Below are positions 1-11,350 of a stretch of 64,000 nucleotides of DNA, piece by piece; the stretch's first letter is position 1; every line of letters starts with the position of its first letter. The stretch comes from Eledone cirrhosa (lineage: Eukaryota), in contig OZ024743.1 in assembly GCA_964016885.1 (NCBI GenBank), forward strand, positions 139,066,001-139,130,000. The letters run 5' to 3'. The notes under the pieces are model-generated. The model saw nothing but the letters and a program-made list of their open reading frames with translations, was not told the DNA's origin and ran no database searches. The position numbers were made by a program, and so were the translations under genes.

Positions 1-3000
1 GTTTGGTGCTTGGTGCTTGGTCTTTGGTGCTTGGTGTTTGGTGTTTGGTGCTTGGAGCTTGGTGTTTGGTGCTTGGTGCCTGGTGTTTAGTGTTTGGTGC
101 TTGGTGCTTGGTGTTTGGTGATTGGTGCTTGGTGCTTGGTGCTTAGTGCTTGGTGTTTGGTGTTTGGTACTTGGTGTTTGGTGTTTGGTGTTTGATGCTT
201 GGTTTTTGCTGCTTGGTGCTTGGTGCTTGGTGCTTGGTGTTCTGTGTTTGGTGCTTGGTGCTTGGTGCCTGGTGCTTGGTGCTTGGTGCTTGTTGTTTGG
301 TGCTTGGTGCTTGGTTATTAGTCTTTGGTGCTTGGTGCTTGGTGTTTGGTGTTTCGTGCTTGGTGTCTAGTGTTTGGGTTTTGGTGTTTGGTGTTTGCTG
401 TATGGTGTTTGCTGTTTCGTGTTTGGTGCTTCGTGCTTGGTGCTTGGTGTTTGGTGCATGGTGCTTGGTGTTTGAGGCTTGGTGCCTGGTGCTTTGTGTT
501 TGGTGCTAGGTGCTTGGTGCTTGGTCTTTGGTGTTTGGTGCTTGGTGCTTGGTGCTTGGTGTTTGGTGCTTGGTGCTTGGTGCTTGGTTATTAGTGTTTG
601 GTGCTTGGTGCTTGGGGTTTGGTGTTTGGTGCTTGGTGCTTGGTGTTTGGTGTTTGCTGTATGGTGTTTGCTGTTTCGTGTTTGGTGTTTGCTGTTTGGT
701 GTTTAATGCTTGGTGCTTGGTGCTTGGTGTTTGGTGCTTGGTGCTTGGTGCTTGGTGCTTGGCGTTTGCTCTTTGCTGTTTGGTGTTTGGTGCTTGCTGT
801 TTGGTGTTTGGTGTTTGGTGTTTGGTGCTTGCTGTTTGGTGCTTGGTGCTTGGTGTTTGGTGTTTGGTGTTTGGTGCTTGGTGCTTGGTGTTTGGTGCTT
901 GGTGCTTGGTGCTGGGTGTTTGGTGCTTGTTGCTTGGTGTTTGGTGCTTGGTGCTTGATGCTTGGTGCTTGGTGTTTGGTCCTTGGTGCTTGGTGCTTGG
1001 TCTTTGGTGCTTGGGGTTTGGTGTTTGGTGCTTGGTGCTTGGTGTTTGGTGCTTGGTGCTTGGTGCTTGGTGTTTGGTGTTTGGTGCTTGCTGCTTGGTG
1101 CTTGGTGTTTGGTGCTTGGTGCTTGGTGATTAGTGTTTGGTGCATGGTGCTTGGTGTTTGTTGTTTGGTGCTTGGTGCTTGGTGTTTGTTGCTTGGTGCT
1201 TGCTGTTTGTTGGTGGTGTTTGGTGCTTGGTGCTTGGTGTTTGGTGTTTGGTGTTTGGTGTTTGGTGTTTGGTGTTTGGTGTTTGGTGTTTGGTGCTTGC
1301 TGTTTGGTGCTTGGTGCTTGGTGTTTGGTGTTTGGTGTTTGGTGCTTGGTGCTTGGTGTTTGGTGCTTGGTGCTTGGTGCTGGGTGTTTGGTGCTTGTTG
1401 CTTGGTGTTTGGTGCTTGGTGCTTGATGCTTGGTGCCTGGTGTTTGGTCCTTGGTGCTTGGTGCTTGGTCTTTGGTGCTTGGGGTTTGGTGTTTGGTGCT
1501 TGGTGCTTGGTGTTTGGTTTTTCGTGCTTGGTGCTTGGTGCTTGGTGTTTGGCGTTTGCTGTTTGCTGTTTGGTGTTTGGTGTTTGCTGTTTGGTGTTTG
1601 CTGTTTGGTGTTTGGTGCTTGGTGCTTGGTGGCTGGTGTTTGGTGCTTGGTGTTTGAATTTTGGTGCTTGGTGCTTGGTGCCTGGTGTTTCGTGCTTGGT
1701 GCTTGGTGCTTGGTGTTTGGTGTTTGGTGCTTGGTGTTTGGTATTTGGTGCTTGGTGCTTGGTGCTTGGTGTTTGGTGCTTGGTGCTTGGTGCTTGGTGT
1801 TTGATGCTGCGTGCTTGGTGTTTGGTGTTTGGTGCTTGATGCTTGGTGTTTGTTGTTTGGAGCTTGGTGCCTGGTGCTTGTTGTTTGGTGCCTCGTGCTT
1901 GTTGTTTGGTGTTTGGTGCTTGGTGCTTGGTGTTTGGTGCTTGGTGCTTGGTGCTTGGTGTTTGGTGCTTGGTGCTTGGTGTTTGGTGCTTGGTGCTTGG
2001 TGTTTGGTGCTTGGTGTTTGGTGCTTGGTGCTTGGTGCTTGGTGCTTGGTGTTAGGTGTTTGGTGCTTGGTGCTTGGTGTTTGATGTTTGGTCCTTGGTG
2101 CTTGGTGTTTGGTGTTTGGTGCTTGGTGCTTGGTGTTTGGTGTTTGGTGCTTGGTGCTTGGTGCTTGGTGTTTTGTGTTTGAAGTTTGGTGCTTGGTGTT
2201 TGGTGCTTCGGTCTAGGTGCTTGGTGTTTGGTGCTTGGTGCTTGGTGTTTGGTGCTTGTTGCCTGGTGCTTGTTGTTTGGTGCTTGGTGCTTGGTGTTTG
2301 ATGATTGGTGCTTGGTGTTTGGTGCTTGGTGCTTGGTGCTTGGTGTTAGGTGTTTGGTGCTTGGTGCTTGGTGTTTGATGTTTGGTCCTTGGCGCTTGGT
2401 GTTTGGTGTTTGGTGCTTGGTGCTTGGTGTTTGGTGTTTGGTGCTTGGTGCTTGGTGTTTGGTGCTTGCTGCTTGCTGCTTGGGTTTTGGTGCTTGGTGA
2501 TTGGTGCTTGGTGTTTTGTGCTTGGTGCTTGGTGTTTGGTGTTTGGTGTTTGGTGCTTGGTGCTTGGTGCTTGGTGCTTGGTGCTTGGTGTTTGGTGCTG
2601 CGTGCTTGGTGTTTGGTGTCTGGAGTTTGGTGCTTGGTGCTTGGTGCCTGGTGTTTCGTGCTTGGTGCTTGGTGCTTGGTGTTTGGTGTTTGGTGCTTGG
2701 TGTTTGGTGTTTGGTACTTGGTGTTTGGTGCTTGGTGCCTGGTGCTTGGTGTTTGGTGCTTGGTGCTTGGTGTTTGGTGATTGGTGCTTGGTGTTTGGTG
2801 ATTGGTGCTTGATGCTTGGTGCTTGGTGTTAGGTGTTTGGTGCTTGGTGTTTGATGTTTGGTCCTTGGTGCTTGGTGTTTGGTGTTTGGTGCTTGGTGCT
2901 TGGTGTTTGGTGTTTGGTGCTTGCTGCTTGCTGCTTGGTGTTTGGTGCTTTGTGATTGGTGCTTGGTGTTTTGTGCTTGGTGCTTGGTGTTTGGTGTTTG

Positions 3001-4550
3001 GTGCTAGGGGCTTAGTGCTTGGTGCTTGGTGTTTGGTGCTTGGTGCTTGCTGTTTGGTGTTTGGTGCTTGGTGCGTGGGACATAGTGTTTGGTGTTTGGT
3101 GCTTGGTGTTTGGTGCTTGGTGTTTGGGGCTTGGTGTTCGGTGCTTGGTGCTTGGTGCTTGGGGCTTGGTGTTTGTTGTTTGGTGCTTGGTGCTTGGTCT
3201 TTGGTGGTTGGTGTTTGCTGTTTGGTGCTTGGTGCTTGGTGCTTGGTTTTTGGTGCTTGGTGCTTGGTGCTTGGTGTTTGGTGCTTGGTGTTTGGTGCTT
3301 GTTGTTTGGTGCTTGGTGCTTGGTCTTTGGTGCTTGGTGTTTGGTGTTTGGTGCTTGGAGCTTGGTGTTTGGTGCTTGGTGCCTGGTGTTTAGTGTTTGG
3401 TGCTTGGTGCTTGGTGTTTGGTGATTGGTGCTTGGTGCTTGGTGCTTAGTGCTTGATGTTTGGTGTTTGGTGCTTGGTGTTTGGTGTTTGGTGTTTGATG
3501 CTTGGTTTTTGCTGCTTGGTGCTTGGTGCTTGGTGCTTGGTGTTCTGTGTTTGGTGCTTGGTGCTTGGTGCCTGGTGCTTGGTGCTTGGTGCTTGTTGTT
3601 TGGTGCTTGGTGCTTGGTTATTAGTCTTTGGTGCTTGGTGCTTGGTGTTTGGTGTTTCGTGCTTGGTGTCTAGTGTTTGGGTTTTGGTGTTTGGTGTTTG
3701 CTGTATGGTGTTTGCTGTTTCGTGTTTGGTGCTTCGTGCTTGGTGCTTGGTGTTTGGTGCATGGTGCTTGGTGTTTGAGGCTTGGTGCCTGGTGCTTTGT
3801 GTTTGGTGCTAGGTGCTTGGTGCTTGGTCTTTGGTGTTTGGTGCTTGGTGCTTGGTGCTTGGTGTTTGGTGTTTGGTGCTTGGTGCTTGGTGCTTGGTTA
3901 TTAGTGTTTGGTGCTTGGTGCTTGGGGTTTGGTGTTTGGTGCTTGGTGCTTGGTGTTTGGTGTTTGCTGTATGGTGTTTGCTGTTTCGTGTTTGGTGTTT
4001 GCTGTTTGGTGTTTAATGCTTGGTGCTTGGTGCTTGGTGTTTGGTGCTTGGTGCTTGGTGCTTGGTGCTTGGCGTTTGCTCTTTGCTATTTGGTGTTTGG
4101 TGCTTGCTGTTTGGTGTTTGGTGTTTGGTGTTTGGTGCTTGCTGTTTGGTGCTTGGTGCTTGGTGTTTGGTGTTTGGTGTTTGGTGCTTGGATGCTTGGT
4201 GTTTGGTGCTTGGTGCTTGGTGCTGGGTGTTTGGTGCTTGTTGCTTGGTGTTTGGTGCTTGGTGCTTGATGCTTGGTGCTTGGTGTTTGGTCCTTGGTGC
4301 TTGGTGCTTGGTCTTTGGTGCTTGGGGTTTGGTGTTTGGTGCTTGGTGCTTGGTGATTAGTGTTTGGTGCATGGTGCTTGGTGTTTGGTGTTTGGTGCTT
4401 GCTGCTTGGTGTTTGGTGCTTGGTGCTTGCTGTTTGTTGGTGGTGTTTGGTGCTTGGTGCTTGGTGTTTGGTGTTTGGTGTTTGGTGTTTGGTGTTTGGT
4501 GTTTGGTGTTTGGTGCTTGGTGCTTGGTGTTTGGTGCTTGGTGTTTGGTG
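1..4550 (+). repeat. Diverged ~3.3 kb-offset duplication (1..~1250 recurs at 3304..~4550)
   Basis: ORF pairs 122/3425, 150/3453 and 325/3628 are offset by 3303; 598/3908 and 710/4020 by 3310 (one extra unit). The copies differ by substitutions and unit indels. Confidence 0.85.
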
Positions 4551-5649
4551 CTTGGTGTATGTACTTGGTGCTTGGTGCTTGGTGTTTGGTGCTTGGTTCT
4601 TGGTGTTTGGTGCTTGGTGCTTGGTGCTTGGTTTTTGGTGCTTGGTGCTTGGTATTTGGTACTTGGTGCTTGGTGTTTGGTGTTTGGTGCTTGGTGTTTG
4701 GTGCTTGGTGCTTGGTGCTTGGTGTTAAGTGTTTGGTGCTTGGTGCTGGTGTTTGGTGCTTCGTGCTTGGTGCTTGGTGTTTGGTGCATGGTGCTTGATG
4801 TTTGGGGCTTGGTGCCTGGTGCTTGTTGTTTGGTGCTTGGTGCTTGGGGCTTGGTGTTTGGTGTTTGGTGCTTGGTGTTCGGTGCTTGGTACTTGGTGCT
4901 TGGTACTTGGTGTTAGGTTTTTGGTGCTTGGGGCTTGGTGTTTGATGTTTGGTCCTTGGTGCTTGGTGTTTGGTGTTTGGTGCTTGGTGCTCGGTGTTTC
5001 GTGTTTGGTGCTTGCTGCTTGCCGCTTGGTGTTTGGTGCTTGGTGATTGGTGCTTGGTGTTTGGTGCTTGGTGGTTGGTGCTTGGTGTTTGGTGTTTGGT
5101 GCTAGGCGTTTGGTGCTTGGTGTTTGGTGCTTGGTGCTTGGTGTTTGCTGTTTGGTGCTTGGGGCTTGGGGCTTGGTGTTTGGTGCTTGCTGCCTGGTGT
5201 TTGTTGCTTGGTGCTTGGTGCTTGGTGTTTGGTGTTTGGTGTTTGGTGCTTGGTGTTTGGTGCTTGGTGCTTGGTGCTGGGTGGTTGATGTTTGGTGCTT
5301 GGTGCTTGGTGTTTGGTGCTTGGTGCTTGGTGCTTATTGTTTGGTGTTTGGTGCTTGGTGCTTGGTGTTTGGTGCTTGGTGCTTGGTGCTTGGTGTTTGG
5401 TGCTTGGTGCTTGGTGTTTGGTGCTTGGTGCTTGGTGTTTGGTGCTTGGTGTTTGGTGCTTGGTGCTTGGTGCTTGGTGCTTGGTGTTAGGTGTTTGGTG
5501 CTTGGTGCTTGGTGTTTGATGTTTGGTCCTTGGTGCTTGGTGTTTGGTGTTTGGTGCTTGGTGCTTGGTGTTTGGTGTTTGGTGCTTGCTGCTTGGTGCT
5601 TGGTGCTTGGTGTTTGGTGCTTGGTGCTTGGTGTTTGGTGTTTGGCATT

Positions 5650-7400
5650 TGCTGTTTGCTGTTTGGTGTTTGGTGTTTGCTGTTTGGTGTTTGCTGTTTG
5701 GTGTTTGGTGCTTGGTGCTTGGTGTCTGGTGTTTGGTGCTTGGTGTTTGGATTTTGGTGCTTGGTGCTTGGTGCCTGGTGTTTCGTGCTTGGTGCTTGGT
5801 GCTTGGTGTTTGGTGTTTGGTGCTTGGTGTTTGGTGTTTGGTATTTGGTGCTTGGTGCTTGGTGCTTGGTGTTTGGTGCTTGGTGCTTGGTGCTTGGTGT
5901 TTGATGCTGCGTGCTTGGTGTTTGGTGTTTGGTGCTTGGTGCTTGGTGTTTGGTGTTTGGAGCTTGGTGCCTGGTGCTTGTTGTTTGGTGCCTGGTGCTT
6001 GTTGTTTGGTGTTTGGTGCTTGGTGCTTGGTGTTTGGTGCTTGGTGCTTGGTGCTTGGTGTTTGGTGCTTGGTGCTTGGTGTTTGGTGCTTGGTGCTTGG
6101 TGTTTGGTGCTTGGTGTTTGGTGCTTGGTGCTTGGTGCTTGGTGCTTGGTGTTAGGTGTTTGGTGCTTGGTGCTTGGTGTTTGATGTTTGGTCCTTGGTG
6201 CTTGGTGTTTGGTGTTTGGTGCTTGGTGCTTGGTGTTTGGTGTTTGGTGCTTGCTGCTTGGTGCTTGGTGCTTGGTGTTTGGTGCTTCGGTCTTGGTTCT
6301 TGGTGTTTGGTGCTTGGTGCTTGGTGTTTGGTGCTTGGTGCCTGGTGCTTGGTGTTTGGTGCTTGGTGCTTGGTGTTTGGTGCTTGGTGCTTGGTGCTTA
6401 TTGTTTGGTGCTTGGTGCTTGGTGCTTGGTGCTTGGTCTTTGGTGCTTGGTGTTTGGTGTTTGGTGTTTGTGCTTGGTGCTTGGTGCTTGGTGTTTGGTG
6501 CTAGGTGCTTGACGCAGTGTGTTTGGTGCTTGGTGCTTGGTGCTTGGTGATTAGTGTTTGGTGCTTGGTGCTTGGGGTTTGGTGTTTGGTGTTTGCTGTT
6601 TGGTGTTTGCGGTTTGGTGTCTGCTTTTTGGTGTTTGGTGTTTGCTGTATGGTGTTTGCTGTTTTGTGTTTCGTGTTTGCTGTTTGGTGTTTGGTGCTTG
6701 GTGCTTGGTGCTTGGTATTTGGTGCTTGGTGCTTGGTGCTTGGTGTTTGGCGTTTGCTGTTTGCTGTTTGCTGTTTGGTATTTGCTGTTTGGTGTTTGCT
6801 GTTTGGTGTTTGGTGCTTGGTGCTTGGTGGCTGGTGTTTGGTGCTTGGTGTTTGGATTTTGGTGCTTGGTGCTTGGTGCTTGGTGCTTGGTGTTTGGTGC
6901 TTGGTGCTTGGTGCTTGGTGTTTGATGCTGCGTGCTTGGTGTTTGGTGTTTGGTGCTTGGTGCTTGGTGTTTGGTGTTTGGAGCTTGGTGCCTGGTGCTT
7001 GTTGTTTGGTGCCTGGTGCTTGTTGTTTGGTGTTTGGTGCTTGGTGCTTGGTGTTTGGTGCTTGGTGCTTGGTGCTTGGTGTTTGGTGCTTGGTGCTTGG
7101 TGTTTGGTGCTTGGTGCTTGGTGTTTGGTGCTTGGTGTTTGGTGCTTGGTGCTTGGTGCTTGGTGCTTGGTGTTAGGTGTTTGGTGCTTGGTGCTTGGTG
7201 TTTGATGTTTGGTCCTTGGTGCTTGGTGTTTGGTGTTTGGTGCTTGGTGCTTGGTGTTTGGTGTTTGGTGCTTGCTGCTTGGTGCTTGGTGCTTGGTGTT
7301 TGGTGCTTCGGTCTTGGTGCTTGGTGTTTGGTGCTTGGTGCTTGGTGTTTGGTGCTTGGTGCCTGGTGCTTGGTGTTTGGTGCTTGGTGCTTGGTGTTTG
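5650..7400 (+). repeat. Internal ~1,021-bp duplication within the 7,540-bp block (also at 13190..14940)
   Basis: ORF pairs 5911/6932, 6156/7177 and 6188/7209 are offset by 1021 and share the GATGCTGCGTG...GGAGC...CCTGG variant string. Confidence 0.8.
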
Positions 7401-10400
7401 GTGATTGGTGTTTGGTGTTTGGTGCTTGGTGCTTGGTGCTTGGTGTTAGGTGTTTCGTGCTTGGTGCTTGGTGTTCGATGTTTGATCCTTGGTGCTTGGT
7501 GTTTGGTGTTTGGTGCTTGGTGCTTGGTGTTTGGTGTTTGGTGCTTGGTGCTTGGTGTTTGGTGCTTGCTGCTTGCTGCTTGGGTTTTGGTGCTTGGTGA
7601 TTGGTGCTTGGTGTTTTGTGCTTGGTGCTTGGTGTTTGGTGTTTGGTGTTTGGTGCTTGGTGCTTGGTGCTTGGTGTTTGGTGCTTGGTGATTGGTGCTT
7701 GGTGTTTGGTGCTGCGTGCTTGGTGTTTGGTGTCTGGAGTTTGGTGCTTGGTGCTTGGTGCCTGGTGTTTCGTGCTTGGTGCTTGGTGCTTGGTGTTTGG
7801 TGCTTGGTGCTTGGTGTTTGGTGTTTGGTACTTGGTGTTTGGTGCTTGGTGCCTGGTGCTTGGTGTTTGGTGCTTGGTGCCTGGTGTTTGGTGATTGGTG
7901 CTTGGTGTTTGGTGATTGGTGCTTGATGCTTGGTGCTTGGTGTTAGGTGTTTGGTGCTTGGAGCTTGGTGTTTGATGTTTGGTCCTTGGTGCTTGGTGTT
8001 TGGTGTTTGGTGCTTGGTGCTTGGTGTTTGGTGTTTGGTGCTTGCTGCTTGCTGCTTGGTGTTTGGTGCTTGGTGATTGGTGCTTGGTGTTTTGTGCTTG
8101 GTGCTTGGTTTTTGGTGTTTGGTGCTAGGGGCTTAGTGCTTGGTGGTTGGTGTTTGGTGCTTGGTGCTTGCTGTTTGGTGTTTGGTGCTTGGTGCGTGGG
8201 ACTTAGTGTTTGGTGTTTGGTGCTTGGTGTTTGGTGCTTGGTGTTTGGGGCTTGGTGTTCGGTGCTTGGTGCTTGGTGCTTGGGGCTTGGTGTTTGTTGT
8301 TTGGTGCTTGGTGCTTGGTCTTTGGTGCTTGGTGTTTGGTGTTTGGTGCTTGGTGCTTGGTGTTTGGTGCTTGGTGCCTGGTCTTTAGTGTTTGGTGCTT
8401 GGTGCTTGGTGTTTGGTGATTGGTGCTTGGTGTTTGGTGTTTGGTGTTTGATGCTTGGTTTTTGCTGCTTGGTGCTTGGTGCTTGGTGCTTGGTGTTCTG
8501 TGTTTGGTGCTTGGTGCTTGGTGCCTGGTGCTTGGTGCTTCGTGCTTGGTGATTAGTCTTTGGTGCTTGGTGCTTGGTGTTTCGTGTTTCGTGCTTGGTG
8601 TCTAGTGTTTGGGTTTTGGTGTTTGGTGCTTGGTGCTTAGTGTTTGGTGTCTGGTGCTTGGTGCTTGGTGTTTGGTGTTTGGTGCTTGGTGTTTGGTGCT
8701 TGGTGCTTTGTGCTTGGTGTTTGGGGCTGGGTGTATGGTGTTTGGTGCTTGGTGCTTGGTGCTTGGTGGTTGGTGTTTGGTGCTTGGTACTTGGTGTTTG
8801 GTGTTTGATGCTTGGTGTTTGATGCTTGTTGCTTGGTGCTTGCTGTTTTGTGTTTGGTGTTTGGTGCTTGGTGTATGTACTTGGTGCTTGGTGCTTGGTG
8901 TCTGGTGCTTGGTTCTTGGTGTTTGGTGCTTGGTGCTTGGTGTTTGGTGCTTGGTGTTTGGTGTTTGGTGCTTGGTGTTTGGTACTTGGTGCTTGGTGCT
9001 TGGTGTTAAGTGTTTGGTGCTTGGTGCTTGGTGTTTGGTGCTTGGTGCTTGGTGCTTGGTGTTTGGTGCATGGTGCTTGGTGTTTGGGGCTTGGTGCCTG
9101 GTGCTTTGTGTTTGGTGCTTGGTGTTCGGTGCTTGGTGCTTGGTGCTTGGTACTTGGTGTTAGGTTTTTGGTGCTTGGGGCTTGGTGTTTGATGTTTGGT
9201 CCTTGGTGCTTGGTGTTTGGTGTTTGGTGCTTGGTGCTCGGTGTTTCGTGTTTGGTGCTTGCTGCTTGCCGCTTGGTGTTTGGTGCTTGGTGATTGGTGC
9301 TTGGTGTTTGGTGCTTGGTGGTTGGTGCTTGGTGTTTGGTGTTTGGTGCTAGGCGTTTGGTGCTTGGTGTTTGGTGCTTGGTGCTTGGTGTTTGCTGTTT
9401 GGTGCTTGGGGCTTGGGGCTTGGTGTTTGGTGCTTCTGCCTGGTGTTTGGTGCTTGGTGCTTGGTGCTTGGTGTTTGGTGTTTGGTGTTTGGTGCTTGGT
9501 GTTTGGTGCTTGGTGCTTGGTGCTGGGTTGTTGATGTTTGGTGCTTGGTGCTTGGTGTTTGGTGCTTGGTGCTTGGTGCTTATTGTTTGGTGTTTGGTGC
9601 TTGGTGCTTGGTGTTTGGTGCTTGGTGCTTGGTGCTTGGTGTTTGGTGCTTGGTGCTTGGTGTTTGGTGCTTGGTGCTTGGTGTTTGTTGCTTGGTGTTT
9701 GGTGCTTGGTGCTTGGTGCTTGGTGCTTGGTGTTAGGTGTTTGGTGCTTGGTGCTTGGTGTTTGATGTTTGGTCCTTGGTGCTTGGTGCTTGGTGTTTGG
9801 TGCTTGGTGTTTGGTGTTTGGTGCTTGGTGTTTGGTACTTGATGCTTGGTGCTTGGTGTTAAGTGTTTGGTGCTTGGTGCTTGGTGTTTGGTGCTTCGTG
9901 CTTGGTGCTTGGTGTTTGGTGCATGGTGCTTGGTGTTTGGGGCTTGGTGCCTGGTGCTTTGTGTTTGGTGCTAGGTGCTTGGTGCTTGGTCTTTGGTGTT
10001 TGGTGCTTGGTGCTTGGTGCTTGGTGTTTGGTGCTTGGTGCTTGGTGCTTGGTTATTAGTGTTTGGTGCTTGGTGCTTGGGGTTTGGTGTTTGGTGCTTG
10101 GTGCTTGGTGTTTGGTGTTTGCTGTATGGTGTTTGCTGTTTCGTGTTTGGTGTTTGCTGTTTGGTGTTTAATGCTTGGTGCTTGGTGCTTGGTGTTTGGT
10201 GCTTGGTGCTTGGTGCTTGCTGTTTGGCGTTTGCTCTTTGCTGTTTGGTGTTTGGTGTTTGGTGTTTGGTGTTTGGTGTTTGGTGCTTGCTGCTTGGTGT
10301 TTGGTGTTTGGTGCTTGCTGCTTGGTGCTTGGTGCTTGGTGTTTGGTGTTTGGTGTTTGGTGCTTCGTGTTTGGTGCTTGGTGCTTGGTGCTGGGTGTTT

Positions 10401-11149
10401 GGTTCTTGGTGCTTGGTGCTTGGTGCTTGATGCTTGGTGCTTGGTGTTTGGTCATTGGTGCTTGGTGCTTGGTCTTTGGTGCTTGGGGTTTGGTGTTTGG
10501 TGCTTGGTGCTTAGTGTTTGGTGCTTGGTGCTTGGTGCTTGGTGTTTGGTGTTTGGTGCTTTCTGCTTGGTGTATGGTATTTGGTGCTTGGTGCTTGGTG
10601 ATTAGTGTTTGGTGCATGGTGCTTGGTGTTTGTTGTTTGGTGCTTGGTGCTTGGTGTTTGGTGCTTGGTGCTTGCTGTTTGGTGTTTGGTGTTTGGTGCT
10701 TGGTGCTTGGTGTTTGGTGTTTGGTGTTTGGTGTTTGGTGTTTGGTGCTTGGTGCTTGGTGTTTGGTGCTTGGTGTTTGGTGCTTGGTGTATGTACTTGG
10801 TGCTTGGTGCTTGGTGTTTGGTGCTTGGTTCTTGGTGTTTGGTGCTTGGTGCTTGGTGCTTGGTGTTTGGTGCTTGGTGCTTGGTGTTTGGTACTTGGTG
10901 CTTGGTGCTTGGTGTTTGGTCATTGGTGCTTGGTGCTTGGTCTTTGGTGCTTGGGGTTTGGTGTTTGGTGCTTGGTGCTTAGTGTTTGGTGCTTGGTGCT
11001 TGGGGCTTGGTGTTAAGTGTTTGGTGCTTGGTGCTTGGTGTTTGGTGCTTCGTGCTTGGTGCTTGGTGTTTGGTGCATGGTGCTTGATGTTTGGGGCTTG
11101 GTGCCTGGTGCTTGGTGTTTGGTGCTTGGTGTTTGGTGCTTGGTGTTCG

Positions 11150-11350
11150 GTGCTTGGTGCTTCGTGCTTGGTGCTTGGTGTTTGGTGCTTGGTGCTTGGT
11201 GTTTGGTGCTTGGTTCTTGGTGTTTGGTGCTTCGTGCTTGGTGCTTGGTGTTTGGTGCTTGGTGCTTGGTGTTTGGTGCTTGGTTCTTGGTGTTTGGTGC
11301 TTCGTGCTTGGTGCTTGGTGTTTGGTGCTTGGTGCTTGGTGTTTGGTGCT
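11150..11350 (+). repeat. 70-bp (10-unit) tandem sub-repeat, ~3 copies (also at 18690..18890)
   Basis: TTCGTGCTTG starts at 11161, 11231 and 11301 with the same intervening units. Two-copy versions occur near 21820/21890, 25061/25131, 28298/28368 and 31638/31708. Confidence 0.85.
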